Shown: in pieces, positions 1 to 8,517 of the stretch | How the letters are laid out: every line of letters begins with the position of its first letter | Numbering within the stretch: position 1 is the stretch's first letter | Assembly (NCBI GenBank): GCA_963836285.1 | Contig: CAWIIN010000001.1 | Span: 353,967 to 417,966 of the forward strand | Direction: 5' to 3' | DNA length: 64,000 bases | Source of the DNA: an uncultured Acidobacteriota bacterium | GTDB taxonomy: Bacteria > Acidobacteriota > Thermoanaerobaculia > UBA5066 | Notes under the pieces: generated by a model | What the model was told of the DNA's origin: nothing | Seen by the model: the letters and a program-made list of their open reading frames with translations, nothing else | The model's database searches: none | Program-made: the position numbers and the translations under genes

Positions 1-1404
1 CGGGACGATCTCGTGCGCGATCCCGCGGGAGTCGAAGAAGCGCGCCGCGAGACGGCGGTATTTCGTCCCGACGCGGACGGGCTGCCCGTTCGGCTTGAAC
101 GTCTCGCCGGCCCGGCCGATGAGCGACAGCCGACACTCCCCGAAGGGCAGATCGACCGGCGTGAAGACGTCCTCGCCGGACTCGGCGACGCGGTCGCTTC
201 CGACGACGCCGAGGTCGGCGCCGCCGTGCGCGACGTAGGTCGGGACGTCGTCGTCCTTCAGAAGGAGAAGCTCGAATGCGCCGTCGGCCGATGGAACGAG
301 CAGCCGGCGCCCGTCCGGCTCGCCGAACACCGCTCCTCCCTGGCGCAGCGCCGCGAGTGTCTGCGCGAGAAGGCGCCCCTTCCCCACCGCGATGCGGAGG
401 GGCCGGGCGGCAGCCGCGGCGGACGCCGAGGAGGCCGCCGCGAGCGCCTCGAGGCCGATGCAGAACCCGAGCGCCGGCGCGGGCGTACCGAAGCGCGCGA
501 GCAGCGTGTCGTAGCGCCCGCCGGCGGCGACGATCCCCGCCGCCCCCGCGGCGTCCACGGCGAACGAGAGGCCGGTGTAGTACGGCGCATCCGGGGTCGC
601 CGCGACGTCGACGACGACCGACGCACCGGGACGGGCGGCGCGGGCCGCTGCGGCGGCGCGTCTCAGCTCCTCCGCCTGGCGCGCGAGGGCGGGAGCGGCG
701 AAGAGCTCCGAGGACGGGTCGAAGCCGGTCAGGAGCCCGGCGCCGAGCTCGCGAGCGGCCGGTGCGGCGGCGCCTCCGGCGACGAGAAGGGCCTCGAGGG
801 CCGAGACGCGTCGCCTCCGCACCTCGGCGAGAGCCGAGACGAGACGCGCGCCGTCTCCCGACGTGAGCGCGGGCGCGGCCGCGACGAGCAGCATCGGGAG
901 GAGGCCGGCGTAGCCGAGCGTGATGCGGAGCCGCTCGGCCGGAACGTCCTCGAGCGCGGAGAGGCACAGCCTGAGCATCTCCTCGTCGGCGTCGAAGCGC
1001 GCGTCCCCGTACCGTTCGGCTCCAACCTGCGCGAACTCCCGCGGTCGGCCGACGCCCGCCTCCTCGTCGCGCACGACGTCGCCCCGGTAGAAGAGCGAGA
1101 CGGCGCCCGTGATCTGGCCGAGGCGCGGCGCGACGACGCGCGCGGCCATTGGCGTGAAATCCGCGCGCAGCGCGAGGGTCTGGCCCTCGCGGTCGAGGAA
1201 GCGATAGAGGCGCTCATCACCCTCGGCCGTGACGCCCGTGTACGGGTCGGCATAGTCGAGGACGGGGAGGATGACCTCGCGCAGGCCGGCCGCGCGCAGG
1301 ACGTTCACGACGGCCTCCTCCGCGCCGCGCCGCCGGTCGGCCGCGTCGAAGAGGAGCGCCTGGACGCCCCGCGGCAGGTTCGGGTCGGGCCGACCGGCGC
1401 TCAC
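1..1404 (-). CDS. hisZ-hisG: HisZ–HisG fusion: ATP phosphoribosyltransferase regulatory subunit (HisRS-like catalytic domain lacking the anticodon-binding domain) fused through an Ala/Ser linker to short-form ATP phosphoribosyltransferase HisG. The 3' end is cut off by the window start.
   Basis: Manual minus-strand translation from a GTG at 1404 to position 1 gives one frame with no stop and high GC3. The motifs found, in order, are LALRADFTPMAAR, REFAQVG and GGRYD (HisRS/HisZ motifs 2 and 3), then the linker AASSASAAAARP, then HisG N-terminal motifs LRIAVGKGRL, LLLLKDDDVPTYVAHGGADLGVVGSDRV and LPFGECRLSLIG. The GTG start overlaps the aroDE stop as GTGA. The ORF table missed it because it runs off the edge. 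Confidence 0.7.
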   Translation of the reverse strand, partial: MSAGRPDPNLPRGVQALLFDAADRRRGAEEAVVNVLRAAGLREVILPVLDYADPYTGVTAEGDERLYRFLDREGQTLALRADFTPMAARVVAPRLGQITGAVSLFYRGDVVRDEEAGVGRPREFAQVGAERYGDARFDADEEMLRLCLSALEDVPAERLRITLGYAGLLPMLLVAAAPALTSGDGARLVSALAEVRRRRVSALEALLVAGGAAAPAARELGAGLLTGFDPSSELFAAPALARQAEELRRAAAAARAARPGASVVVDVAATPDAPYYTGLSFAVDAAGAAGIVAAGGRYDTLLARFGTPAPALGFCIGLEALAAASSASAAAAARPLRIAVGKGRLLAQTLAALRQGGAVFGEPDGRRLLVPSADGAFELLLLKDDDVPTYVAHGGADLGVVGSDRVAESGEDVFTPVDLPFGECRLSLIGRAGETFKPNGQPVRVGTKYRRLAARFFDSRGIAHEIVP

Positions 1405-2960
1405 GACGCGCTCTCCGCCGGGGCGCCGACCGGGGATTCTCCGAACGAGAGAAATGTGAGCCGGCGCTCGGGCGGGAGCCGCTCGAGAAGATCCGGCGGA
1501 CTCGTTTCGCGGCCGGTGAAGCGCGCGGCCTGACCGGCCGCCTGGAGGAGGAGCAGCTTCTGCCCGTCGACGACCCGGCAGCCCGCCTCGCGGGCGGCAC
1601 GCACGAGCTCCGTCCCTTCCGGTCGGTACGGCGCGTCGACGACGAGGACGCCGGACCGGAGGAGCTCCGCCGGACAGGGGACCGGATCTCCCGAACGCAG
1701 CCCGAGCGCCGTGGCGTTCACGATGACGAGCGGCACAGGCCACGTCGCGACAGATTTCCTTGAAAGGAAGAGGGCTCCCGTGGCCCTCGCCAGCTCTTCG
1801 CCACGCTCCGCCGTCCGGTTGGCAACGAGGACCTCCCACCCCTTTCTCAGAAGAATTTCCACCGCGACCCGGGCCGTGCCGCCCGCACCGAGGACCAGAG
1901 CCGGCCCGTGGCCCGCTTCCTCCGAGCGCTCCGGAATCACCCGCTCGAACGCGTCCCGGTCGGTGTTCGCCGAACGGAAGCGCGCGGGGGCGCCGGCGCC
2001 GGAAACGCGGACGAGGGTGTTGACGGCGTTCTCGTCCGCGTCCGCGAGGTGCGCGGCCTCCTGCTTGAACGGGATCGTGACGGAGGCGGCGACGAGCGGC
2101 AGGCCGAGCCGGTCGAGCCCGGCGACGAGGTCCGGAAGCTCTGCGCCGAGCGCGCGAAGGGCGAACGGCACGTAGAGCGAGTCCTGGCCGAGGGCCTCGA
2201 AATTCGCGTTGTGAAGAACGGGTGACAGCGAATGCGACACGCGGTCGCCGAGGAGCGCGAAGAGTCGCGCCACCCGGCGCGGGCGCCCGACGCCGTAGAC
2301 CTCGTCGAGGTCGCGCGCGAGAACCTGCCCAGGCGCGGTCGCGCGCCCCGGGACGAGAGCGCCGAAGGACAGCGCCCCGCCGAGATAGGGGCAGAGGACG
2401 CGCGTCGCGATCCCGGCCTCGCCCATCCCGAAGGCGGTGAGCCGCCCGTCCCGGTGCGTGGACTGCAGTTCGAGGAGCCGCAGGACGTCGGAGACGTCGT
2501 TCGGCGTCGCGACGAGCTTCACAAAGCGCGCGTCCGAAGAGAGCATTCGGGAAACGACGCCGTCCAGGTCGGCAGGGATGCCTTCAGGGTCATGGAGAGA
2601 AGAGATTCTCTTGGAGAGGGGTATGGCGGCGAGGCGCTGCCCGCTGTCCCGGCGAAACTCGACGTCCGCGAAATCGAAGCCGGCCGAGAGGGCACCTTCT
2701 AAGAAATCTCTCTCTTCATCTTCCGTCCCACGAAACGCGCCACCTTCGGGCTTCGACCGCACCGTCGCGATGAGCGTTCTCCCCGCGAACGCCGCGCGCA
2801 GCGCGGTGAACGCCGGCGCTTCCGTCATCGCGTCGAGGCGCAGCTCCACCGCGGCGCCCGGAGGCAGGGTCGCGGCTTCCTCCGCCGCGGCGAAGGCCTC
2901 GGCGTTCGTCGCGGGGGCGACGGAGGCGACGAGAAGCGTCTTCTCGGCGGTCAGGTCCAA
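1401..2960 (-). CDS. aroDE: bifunctional type I 3-dehydroquinate dehydratase / shikimate 5-dehydrogenase (AroD–AroE fusion)
   Basis: The N-terminal half has type I DHQase motifs (VELRLD, IATVRSKPEGG, VKLVATP, FGMGEAGIATRVL). The C-terminal half has AroE motifs (SLSPVLHNANFEALG, LVLGAGGTARAV). Confidence 0.85.
   Translation of the reverse strand: MDLTAEKTLLVASVAPATNAEAFAAAEEAATLPPGAAVELRLDAMTEAPAFTALRAAFAGRTLIATVRSKPEGGAFRGTEDEERDFLEGALSAGFDFADVEFRRDSGQRLAAIPLSKRISSLHDPEGIPADLDGVVSRMLSSDARFVKLVATPNDVSDVLRLLELQSTHRDGRLTAFGMGEAGIATRVLCPYLGGALSFGALVPGRATAPGQVLARDLDEVYGVGRPRRVARLFALLGDRVSHSLSPVLHNANFEALGQDSLYVPFALRALGAELPDLVAGLDRLGLPLVAASVTIPFKQEAAHLADADENAVNTLVRVSGAGAPARFRSANTDRDAFERVIPERSEEAGHGPALVLGAGGTARVAVEILLRKGWEVLVANRTAERGEELARATGALFLSRKSVATWPVPLVIVNATALGLRSGDPVPCPAELLRSGVLVVDAPYRPEGTELVRAAREAGCRVVDGQKLLLLQAAGQAARFTGRETSPPDLLERLPPERRLTFLSFGESPVGAPAESAS
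2694..2725 (-). repeat. solo copy of the dispersed AT-rich repeat, in-frame inside aroDE (encodes ..EDEERDFLEG..). A related copy at 2594–2619 encodes SKRISSLHD.
   Basis: Contains GATTTCTTAGAAGGTG with a rare TTA codon. It is a local GC drop in an otherwise ~70% GC gene. Confidence 0.6.
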
Positions 2961-3136
2961 AACGAAAACCCCTCCGGTACCGGAGGGGCTCGGGTGACTT
3001 CATGAACGACCCTGCGCCTCCGGACCTCGATCGGGCCGGCGGCGCGCTGCGCTGCCGGCTTACGTGTGGTGGCTGTGCCAGTGGCGCGAAACCGACATCA
3101 TGGAACCGGCATTGGACCCCGACGGCCCCCGGCCTG

Positions 3137-4642
3137 TCAAGCCTTCCTCTTCCAGCGGACGCCCTGGGGCGTGTCCTCGAGGACGATGCCCTTGCCGGCG
3201 AGCTCGTCCCGGATCGCATCGGCGGCCTTGAAATCCCGGGCCTTCTTGGCGGCTTTCCGGGCCTCGATGCGCTCCAGGATCCACGGTCCGTCGGAAGGAG
3301 GAGAGGAGCAAGACTCGGAGGAGGATTTCTTCGAAGGTGAAGACGGCTGGGCGCTGGCGGCCGTGCCCAGCATGACGCCGAAGATGTCGCCCGCGACGCC
3401 GCGGAGGAGGCCGCGGGCGGCGGACGCATCCGCCGCGCTGAGGCGGCCGGCCTCGAGGTCCACGTTCGTCGCCTTCACGAACGAGAACAGCGCCCCGAGG
3501 GCGCCGGCGGTGTTGAGGTCGTCTTCGAGGGCCGAGAAAACCGCGGTGCGCGCCGCCGCAACCCGTCCCGCGAATCCCCCTCCCGCGCCCTCTTCACCAT
3601 TCGAAGAAATCCTCTTCTCTTCCGTCTCCTCTTCTCTCTCTCGCTCCGAAAGCCTGAGATCCAGCGAATCCAGCCGCTCGAGCGCCGACGCCGCGCCCCT
3701 GAGCCCCTCGAACGTGAAGTTGAGCTTCTGGCGGTACGGAACGGACTGGAAGAGATAGCGGATCGCGCGGGGCGTGTAGCCCTTTTCGACGAGTGCCGGC
3801 AGCGTGAAGAAATTGCCCTTGCTCTTCGACATCTTCTCGCCGTCCACGATCAGGTGCTCGGCGTGGAGCCAGGTCCTCACGAAGGGCTTCCCCGTCGCGC
3901 CCTCGCTCTGGGCGATCTCGTTCTCGTGGTGCGGGAAGATGTTGTCAACGGCGCCGGTGTGAATGTCGAAGGTCTCGCCGAGGTACTTCATCGACATCGC
4001 GCTGCACTCGAGGTGCCAGCCCGGCCGACCGCGCCCGAGCTCGGTCGTCCAGGTCGCGGACGCGGGCTCGCCTTCCTTGGCCGCCTTCCACACGGCGAAG
4101 TCCCGGACGTCCTCCTTCTCGTACTCGTCGTCGGCGACCCGGGCGCCGCGCTTGACGGCCGTCAGGTCGATCTTCGAGAGCTTCCCGTAGCCGGGGAACG
4201 TCGCGATGCGGAACCAGAAGGAGCCCTCGCTCTCGTACGTGTGGCCGCGCGCGGCGAGCTTCTTCACGATCTCGACCATCTCGGGGATGTGGTCGGTCGC
4301 GCGCGGGTACGCCGCCGCCGGATGGACGCCGAGCGCGTTCAGATCCTCGAAGAAGGTCGCGACGTGCGGCTCCGTGAACTCCCGGAGCGGAAGGCCGGCC
4401 GCGACCGCGCCACGGATCGTCTTGTCGTCGATGTCCGTCAGGTTCATGACCTGCCTGACCTCGTAGCCGAGCGCACGCAGGACGCGACACAGGACGTCCT
4501 CCCACACGAACGTCCGGAGGTTTCCGATGTGGACGCGGTCGTAGACCGTCGGGCCGCACGTATAGAGGCCGACCTTCCCCGGCACGAGCGGCCGAAACTC
4601 CTCCAGCGACCGGGTCAGCGTGTTGTGGAGGCGGAGCGGCAC
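3137..4642 (-). CDS. cysS: cysteine--tRNA ligase
   Basis: HIGH-type class I motifs (CGPTVYDRVHIGN) and KMSKS. The N-terminus MPLRLHNTLTRS from a GTG at 4642 matches CysS starts. The ORF-table start at 4744 is probably an over-extension. The C-terminal region is longer than usual. Confidence 0.9.
   Translation of the reverse strand: MPLRLHNTLTRSLEEFRPLVPGKVGLYTCGPTVYDRVHIGNLRTFVWEDVLCRVLRALGYEVRQVMNLTDIDDKTIRGAVAAGLPLREFTEPHVATFFEDLNALGVHPAAAYPRATDHIPEMVEIVKKLAARGHTYESEGSFWFRIATFPGYGKLSKIDLTAVKRGARVADDEYEKEDVRDFAVWKAAKEGEPASATWTTELGRGRPGWHLECSAMSMKYLGETFDIHTGAVDNIFPHHENEIAQSEGATGKPFVRTWLHAEHLIVDGEKMSKSKGNFFTLPALVEKGYTPRAIRYLFQSVPYRQKLNFTFEGLRGAASALERLDSLDLRLSEREREEETEEKRISSNGEEGAGGGFAGRVAAARTAVFSALEDDLNTAGALGALFSFVKATNVDLEAGRLSAADASAARGLLRGVAGDIFGVMLGTAASAQPSSPSKKSSSESCSSPPSDGPWILERIEARKAAKKARDFKAADAIRDELAGKGIVLEDTPQGVRWKRKA
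3595..3642 (-). repeat. solo copy of the dispersed repeat in-frame inside cysS (encodes SEREREEETEEKRISSNGEEG, a roughly 20-aa insertion relative to E. coli CysS between LERL and DDxFNT)
   Basis: GAGAAGAGGATTTCTTCGAATGGTGAAGAGGG preceded by a polypurine run. It is a low-GC island. Confidence 0.6.
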
Positions 4643-4722
4643 CGGGCGGGATTCTCCGGCATCCGGGCTCCGGCCGCCACCGGGGCGGCCCGGAACCCCT
4701 GTGCTATAAGGCGCGAACGCGC

Positions 4723-5625
4723 ATGTTCCGTACGCCCGCGGCACCGCCTCTCATCCTCCTCGTCGACGACGATCCGTACCAGGCGGAGGTCGCGTCCTAC
4801 ATCGCGTACGAGCTCGGCTGCGACTTCGAGAGTGCGCTGTCCGGTACGGAGGCTCTCCAGAAGGTGGACGCGCGCCGGCCCGATGTCGTCCTCCTGGATG
4901 TCCGCATGCCCGATCTCTCGGGATACGAAGTCTGCCGCCGCATCAAGACCGCCGCCGCGACCGCGGGGACGCAGGTCATCTTCGTCACGGCGCGCACCGA
5001 GGAGGAGGACCTCCTCCAGGGCTTCGAGGCGCTCGCGAACGACTACGTCACGAAGCCCTTCTCGGCGCGCGAGCTGAAGGCCCGCGTGAAGAACGCGCTG
5101 CGCGTCAAGCAGCTCGTGGACGCCCTGCAGGCCCGAGCCGCCATTCTCGAGCTCGAGCAGGAGATCGCGTCGCGCCTCGACGACGAGGGCATCTCCGGCG
5201 AAGAGATGCGGGCGCACCTTCTCGTCCCCGTCCTCGACAGGATCGCGTCCGTGTTCGGCGCGGACGGCGCGACCCTGCACGTCCGCAGGCCGGGCGTCGC
5301 CGAGCTCCACGCCGCGACGTCGACGACCTGGCCGGGGGGCGCGCCGCCGTCCTACGTCGCGGCACTCGCGCTCGACGCCGATCCGAGGTTCGGTCGCGCG
5401 CCGCGCCTCGCGGGCGAGCAGGACGCCGAATGGACGATGGCCGCCGCGCCTCTCTTCGCGGGAAGCGAGCTGATCGGGACTCTGCGCATCCACCGCCGGA
5501 GCCCGGCGCCGGCTCCGGGGGCGTCGCACGAGCTCGAGCACCTGCTCGACTTCTCGGGACACTTCGGGCGCGCCCTCCGCCGCGTTCAGGTCCTGGACGA
5601 GCTGCGGGCGAAGGCCGGGGCCTGA
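4723..5625 (+). CDS. response regulator with an N-terminal receiver domain and a C-terminal GAF-like domain, with no DNA-binding output domain
   Basis: LLVDDDP...D(V)...TKPF CheY-like motifs. The C-terminal half resembles a GAF domain. It is divergent from cysS across an 80-bp spacer. Confidence 0.75.
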   Translation: MFRTPAAPPLILLVDDDPYQAEVASYIAYELGCDFESALSGTEALQKVDARRPDVVLLDVRMPDLSGYEVCRRIKTAAATAGTQVIFVTARTEEEDLLQGFEALANDYVTKPFSARELKARVKNALRVKQLVDALQARAAILELEQEIASRLDDEGISGEEMRAHLLVPVLDRIASVFGADGATLHVRRPGVAELHAATSTTWPGGAPPSYVAALALDADPRFGRAPRLAGEQDAEWTMAAAPLFAGSELIGTLRIHRRSPAPAPGASHELEHLLDFSGHFGRALRRVQVLDELRAKAGA

Positions 5626-5626
5626 C

Positions 5627-6142
5627 CTACCAGGAGCCCTGTTTCTGGCGCTTGAGCACCCTCCTGAGGATCAGCCCCTTCTTGAGGGACGAGAGGCGGT
5701 CCACGAAGAGGCGCCGATCGAGATGGTCGATCTCGTGGCAGAACGCCCGCGCGAGAAGATCCCGCCCGTCGAGGGCTCGCTTCAGTCCCCGCTCGTCGAA
5801 CGCCTCGATCGTGACTTTCTCGGGGCGCTCGACCGTCTCGACGAGATCCGGAAACGAGAGACACCCCTCTTCGTCCCGGATCGTCCCTTTCGCGGCCACG
5901 ACGACCGGATTGACGAGGACCAGGACCTGCGACGGGTCCTTGCCGATGGACAGGTCGACGATCGCGACGTGGCGGTTCACGCCGATCTGCGGGGCGGCGA
6001 GCCCGAGCCCCGGAGCGGCCCAGCACGTCTGCTTGAGGTCCTCGACGAGCCGGAGAAGGGACGGGTCTCCGAAGTCCGTCACGGCCTCGTTGCGCGCGAC
6101 GAGCCTCGGATCTCCGTACTTGACGATCTCGCGGACGGACAA
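5627..6142 (-). CDS. def: peptide deformylase
   Basis: GLAAPQIG, EGCLS and HEIDHL motifs. Confidence 0.92.
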   Translation of the reverse strand: MSVREIVKYGDPRLVARNEAVTDFGDPSLLRLVEDLKQTCWAAPGLGLAAPQIGVNRHVAIVDLSIGKDPSQVLVLVNPVVVAAKGTIRDEEGCLSFPDLVETVERPEKVTIEAFDERGLKRALDGRDLLARAFCHEIDHLDRRLFVDRLSSLKKGLILRRVLKRQKQGSW

Positions 6143-6282
6143 CGGCTCTTCCTCTCCCGAGCACGGGAATCCCCTTTAGGGGAGCCGCATCGGAGGGCCG
6201 AGAGTGCCGGTGAGGGCCGCTTCGGGTCAAGCGTCCCCGCGGGGGGACGTGCGGCCGCCTCCGAAGCTGGTACGCCGGTCGC

Positions 6283-8211
6283 ATGGCCCGGGACGGAGAT
6301 GACCCCGTGAAGCCGCCCTCGGTCCGACCCGCCCTCCTCGCCGTCGCCCTTCTGGCGGCGAGCGGGTCCGCCCGGGCGCAGCGCGAGGGTTACACCTATC
6401 TCGCGTACGTCGGGCCGGAAGTGTCGCTCGTCTCGCAGGCGGACGAGGACTCGGCGGCCCGCCCGAACATGCCGGTTCTCCCCGGGGACGTGCTCGTCAC
6501 CGGGACCGCGTCGCACGCCGAGGCGGTCCTCGCGGACGGGAACGTCGTGCGCCTCGACGGCCGCTCGGAGCTGCGCTTCGAGCGGCTCAACCGGACGTAC
6601 GACGGAGACGACGACCGCACCGTTCTCGCCCTCGCGCGCGGCACGGTGGCGGTCGAGGTGCGCGAGGTCTCCACGCGCGAGCGGGCGCTGCGGCTCGACA
6701 CGGACGACGCGACGGTCCTGTCTCCGGCCCGCTCTCTGTTCCGGGTCGACGCGGGCCGACGCGGGACGGAGGTCTATGTCCTTTCCGGCCAGGTGGACGT
6801 GAACTCACGCGGGAGCCGGGCGCTCGTGCGCGCCGGCGAATACGCCTATGTCGAAGGGGACGCGGAGGTCGAGGTCGAGGTCGCGGACGCGCCGAGGGAC
6901 CGGTTCGCGCGCTTCGTCGAGGAACGGCGCGACCGGGCCGATCGCCGCGACGTGACGCGTTTCGTCGGCTCGGAGTTCTCCTACGACTCGGACAGCGCCG
7001 CTTTCGAGGACAACGGCACGTGGGTCTACGTCCCGTTCGTGGGCGCCTATTGCTGGCGTCCGAACGTCGCGCCCGGATGGACGCCCTACTCGCTCGGCAC
7101 CTGGCGCTGGACGCCCGCGGGTCTCACGTGGGTCTCTTACGAGTCGTGGGGCTGGCTGCCCTACCACTACGGGACGTGGGCGTGGGACCCCGATCTCGGC
7201 TGGTACTGGATTCCCGGCAGCCTCTACGCCCCCGCCTGGGTCTACTGGTCGTACGCAGACGACTGGACCGGCTGGTGCCCGGTTGGCTGGTACGGCGGCT
7301 ACTACGGGTCCTACTACCGCTCGTCGCGACCGACTCTCGGGAACGAGCGCGGGGGGCCGTGGCTCCCGAACCTGCGCGGCAAGGTCGAGGTCACGCAGAT
7401 CGACCGCCGCGGCTGGAATTTCGCTCCGACGGCGCGCATCGGCTCGCGCCTCGAGAGACGCGACGTGACGCGGGGCGACCGCGTCTCCTTCCCGCGCGGG
7501 CACACCGTCGTGGTGACGACCGCGCCGCTGCGCGTCGAGCGGGGCGCCGGCCCGGCGACCTCCGTTCCCGACGCGATCCGCCGGGCGTCTCTCTCGGCCG
7601 AGTCCGCACGCGGCCCCGTCAACGAGGGATTCACCTCCATCCTGCGCCGCGACCGCGTCCTCGACGCCGCGGCCCGGGAAGAGCTCCGCCGCTCCCTCCG
7701 CCCCAGCCGCGAGTTTGGCGGCCGCGCTTCACCGGTCGAGGCGTCCCGTCCGCCCCGGCTCGAGGATGCCTGGCGCGACGCCCGCGCGGGCGGGCGGAGC
7801 GCGGGAGGTCTCGTGCGCGAGGGACCCGCGAGGACCGACGAAGGCTGGCGCGCGTCGTCCTCGGTTCCGCCCGCCCCCATCGAACGGCACGCGGGCGAGA
7901 GGCGCGAGCGCAACGGCGACTCGGGGTGGCGTGCCCCCTCGCCCCGCGTGATCGAGCGCTCGTCCGAAAGACCCGTTTACCGCCGGGACGACACGCCGAC
8001 CCGCCGCGAGTCGCCGCCGGCTCGCGAGGCCCCCCGTGAGGCGCCCGTGCGCCACGAGTCCGTCCGTTCGGCGCCGGCGCCCGTCACCTCGGCGCCCATG
8101 CGCTCGGCGCCGGCGTATTCGGCGCCCGCACCCGCCCCCGCCGCGCCGCCGGCCGCCGCACCCGCACCGGCACCCGCCCAGGCCCCCGCAGCCGCTCGCC
8201 GCGACGGCTGA
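6283..8211 (+). CDS. secreted FecR-domain protein with a Trp/Tyr/Gly-rich repeat region and a low-complexity Arg/Pro/Ala-rich C-terminal tail
   Basis: The signal peptide is ALLAVALLAASGSARA. A FecR-like beta-rich domain follows (GDVLVTG...VVRLDGRSELRF...GTVAVEV). Then comes a W-rich block (GWTPYSLGTWRWTPAGLTWVSYESWGWLPYHYGTWAWDPDLGWYWIPG). The tail is [18 protein letters not shown]. Confidence 0.6.
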   Translation: MARDGDDPVKPPSVRPALLAVALLAASGSARAQREGYTYLAYVGPEVSLVSQADEDSAARPNMPVLPGDVLVTGTASHAEAVLADGNVVRLDGRSELRFERLNRTYDGDDDRTVLALARGTVAVEVREVSTRERALRLDTDDATVLSPARSLFRVDAGRRGTEVYVLSGQVDVNSRGSRALVRAGEYAYVEGDAEVEVEVADAPRDRFARFVEERRDRADRRDVTRFVGSEFSYDSDSAAFEDNGTWVYVPFVGAYCWRPNVAPGWTPYSLGTWRWTPAGLTWVSYESWGWLPYHYGTWAWDPDLGWYWIPGSLYAPAWVYWSYADDWTGWCPVGWYGGYYGSYYRSSRPTLGNERGGPWLPNLRGKVEVTQIDRRGWNFAPTARIGSRLERRDVTRGDRVSFPRGHTVVVTTAPLRVERGAGPATSVPDAIRRASLSAESARGPVNEGFTSILRRDRVLDAAAREELRRSLRPSREFGGRASPVEASRPPRLEDAWRDARAGGRSAGGLVREGPARTDEGWRASSSVPPAPIERHAGERRERNGDSGWRAPSPRVIERSSERPVYRRDDTPTRRESPPAREAPREAPVRHESVRSAPAPVTSAPMRSAPAYSAPAPAPAAPPAAAPAPAPAQAPAAARRDG

Positions 8212-8247
8212 CGGGCGCCGCCGGCCGACGCCTCTACAATCCGGCAC

Positions 8248-8517
8248 GTGGGTGTGACGCTCGTCGGGTCCCGGCTCCTGAGAGCCCTGTTCATCCTCTA
8301 TGTGCTCGAGGCCGGGGCGTTTCTCAGTCTCGCCCCATGGAGCCGCCTCTGGACCCTCCGGGTCGTCGCGCGCTCGCCGGCGCTCGTGCGGGGCCTCCTG
8401 GCCTCGCCCTACTTCCGGAGCTTCGTCGTCGGCATCGGCCTCCTGCACCTCTGGGCCGCGGTTTCCGAGATCGAGGCCTGGCGCCGCGAGCGTCCGGAGA
8501 CGGGCGACCTGCCGTGA
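8248..8517 (+). CDS. hypothetical small membrane protein (2–3 predicted TM helices)
   Basis: GTG start and high GC3. Hydrophobic segments. The stop overlaps the acpS GTG start (GTGA). Confidence 0.4.
   Translation: MGVTLVGSRLLRALFILYVLEAGAFLSLAPWSRLWTLRVVARSPALVRGLLASPYFRSFVVGIGLLHLWAAVSEIEAWRRERPETGDLP

Noticed and set aside
1-1404. annotation of the N-terminal domain as histidyl-tRNA synthetase
   Set aside because: HisRS motifs 2 and 3 are present, but the roughly 100-aa anticodon-binding domain is absent and the domain is followed directly by HisG. This pattern matches the HisZ paralogue rather than HisS.
13-1533. 506-aa plus-strand ORF rich in R/E/D/A
   Set aside because: It is antisense to the hisZ–hisG and aroDE coding frames, with low GC3 periodicity. 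Such ORFs are a typical high-GC alternative-frame artefact. The same applies to most Arg/Pro/Ser-rich ORFs in the table, for example 9399–9863, 9975–11150, 13057–14049, 14591–15919, 21015–21899, 36671–40456, 40750–44814 and 57532–59160.
6155-6190. GGGAATCCCCTTTAGGGGAGCC near the def start
   Set aside because: It looks palindromic at first glance but is not self-complementary, and it lies in the divergent promoter region. Nothing can be concluded.
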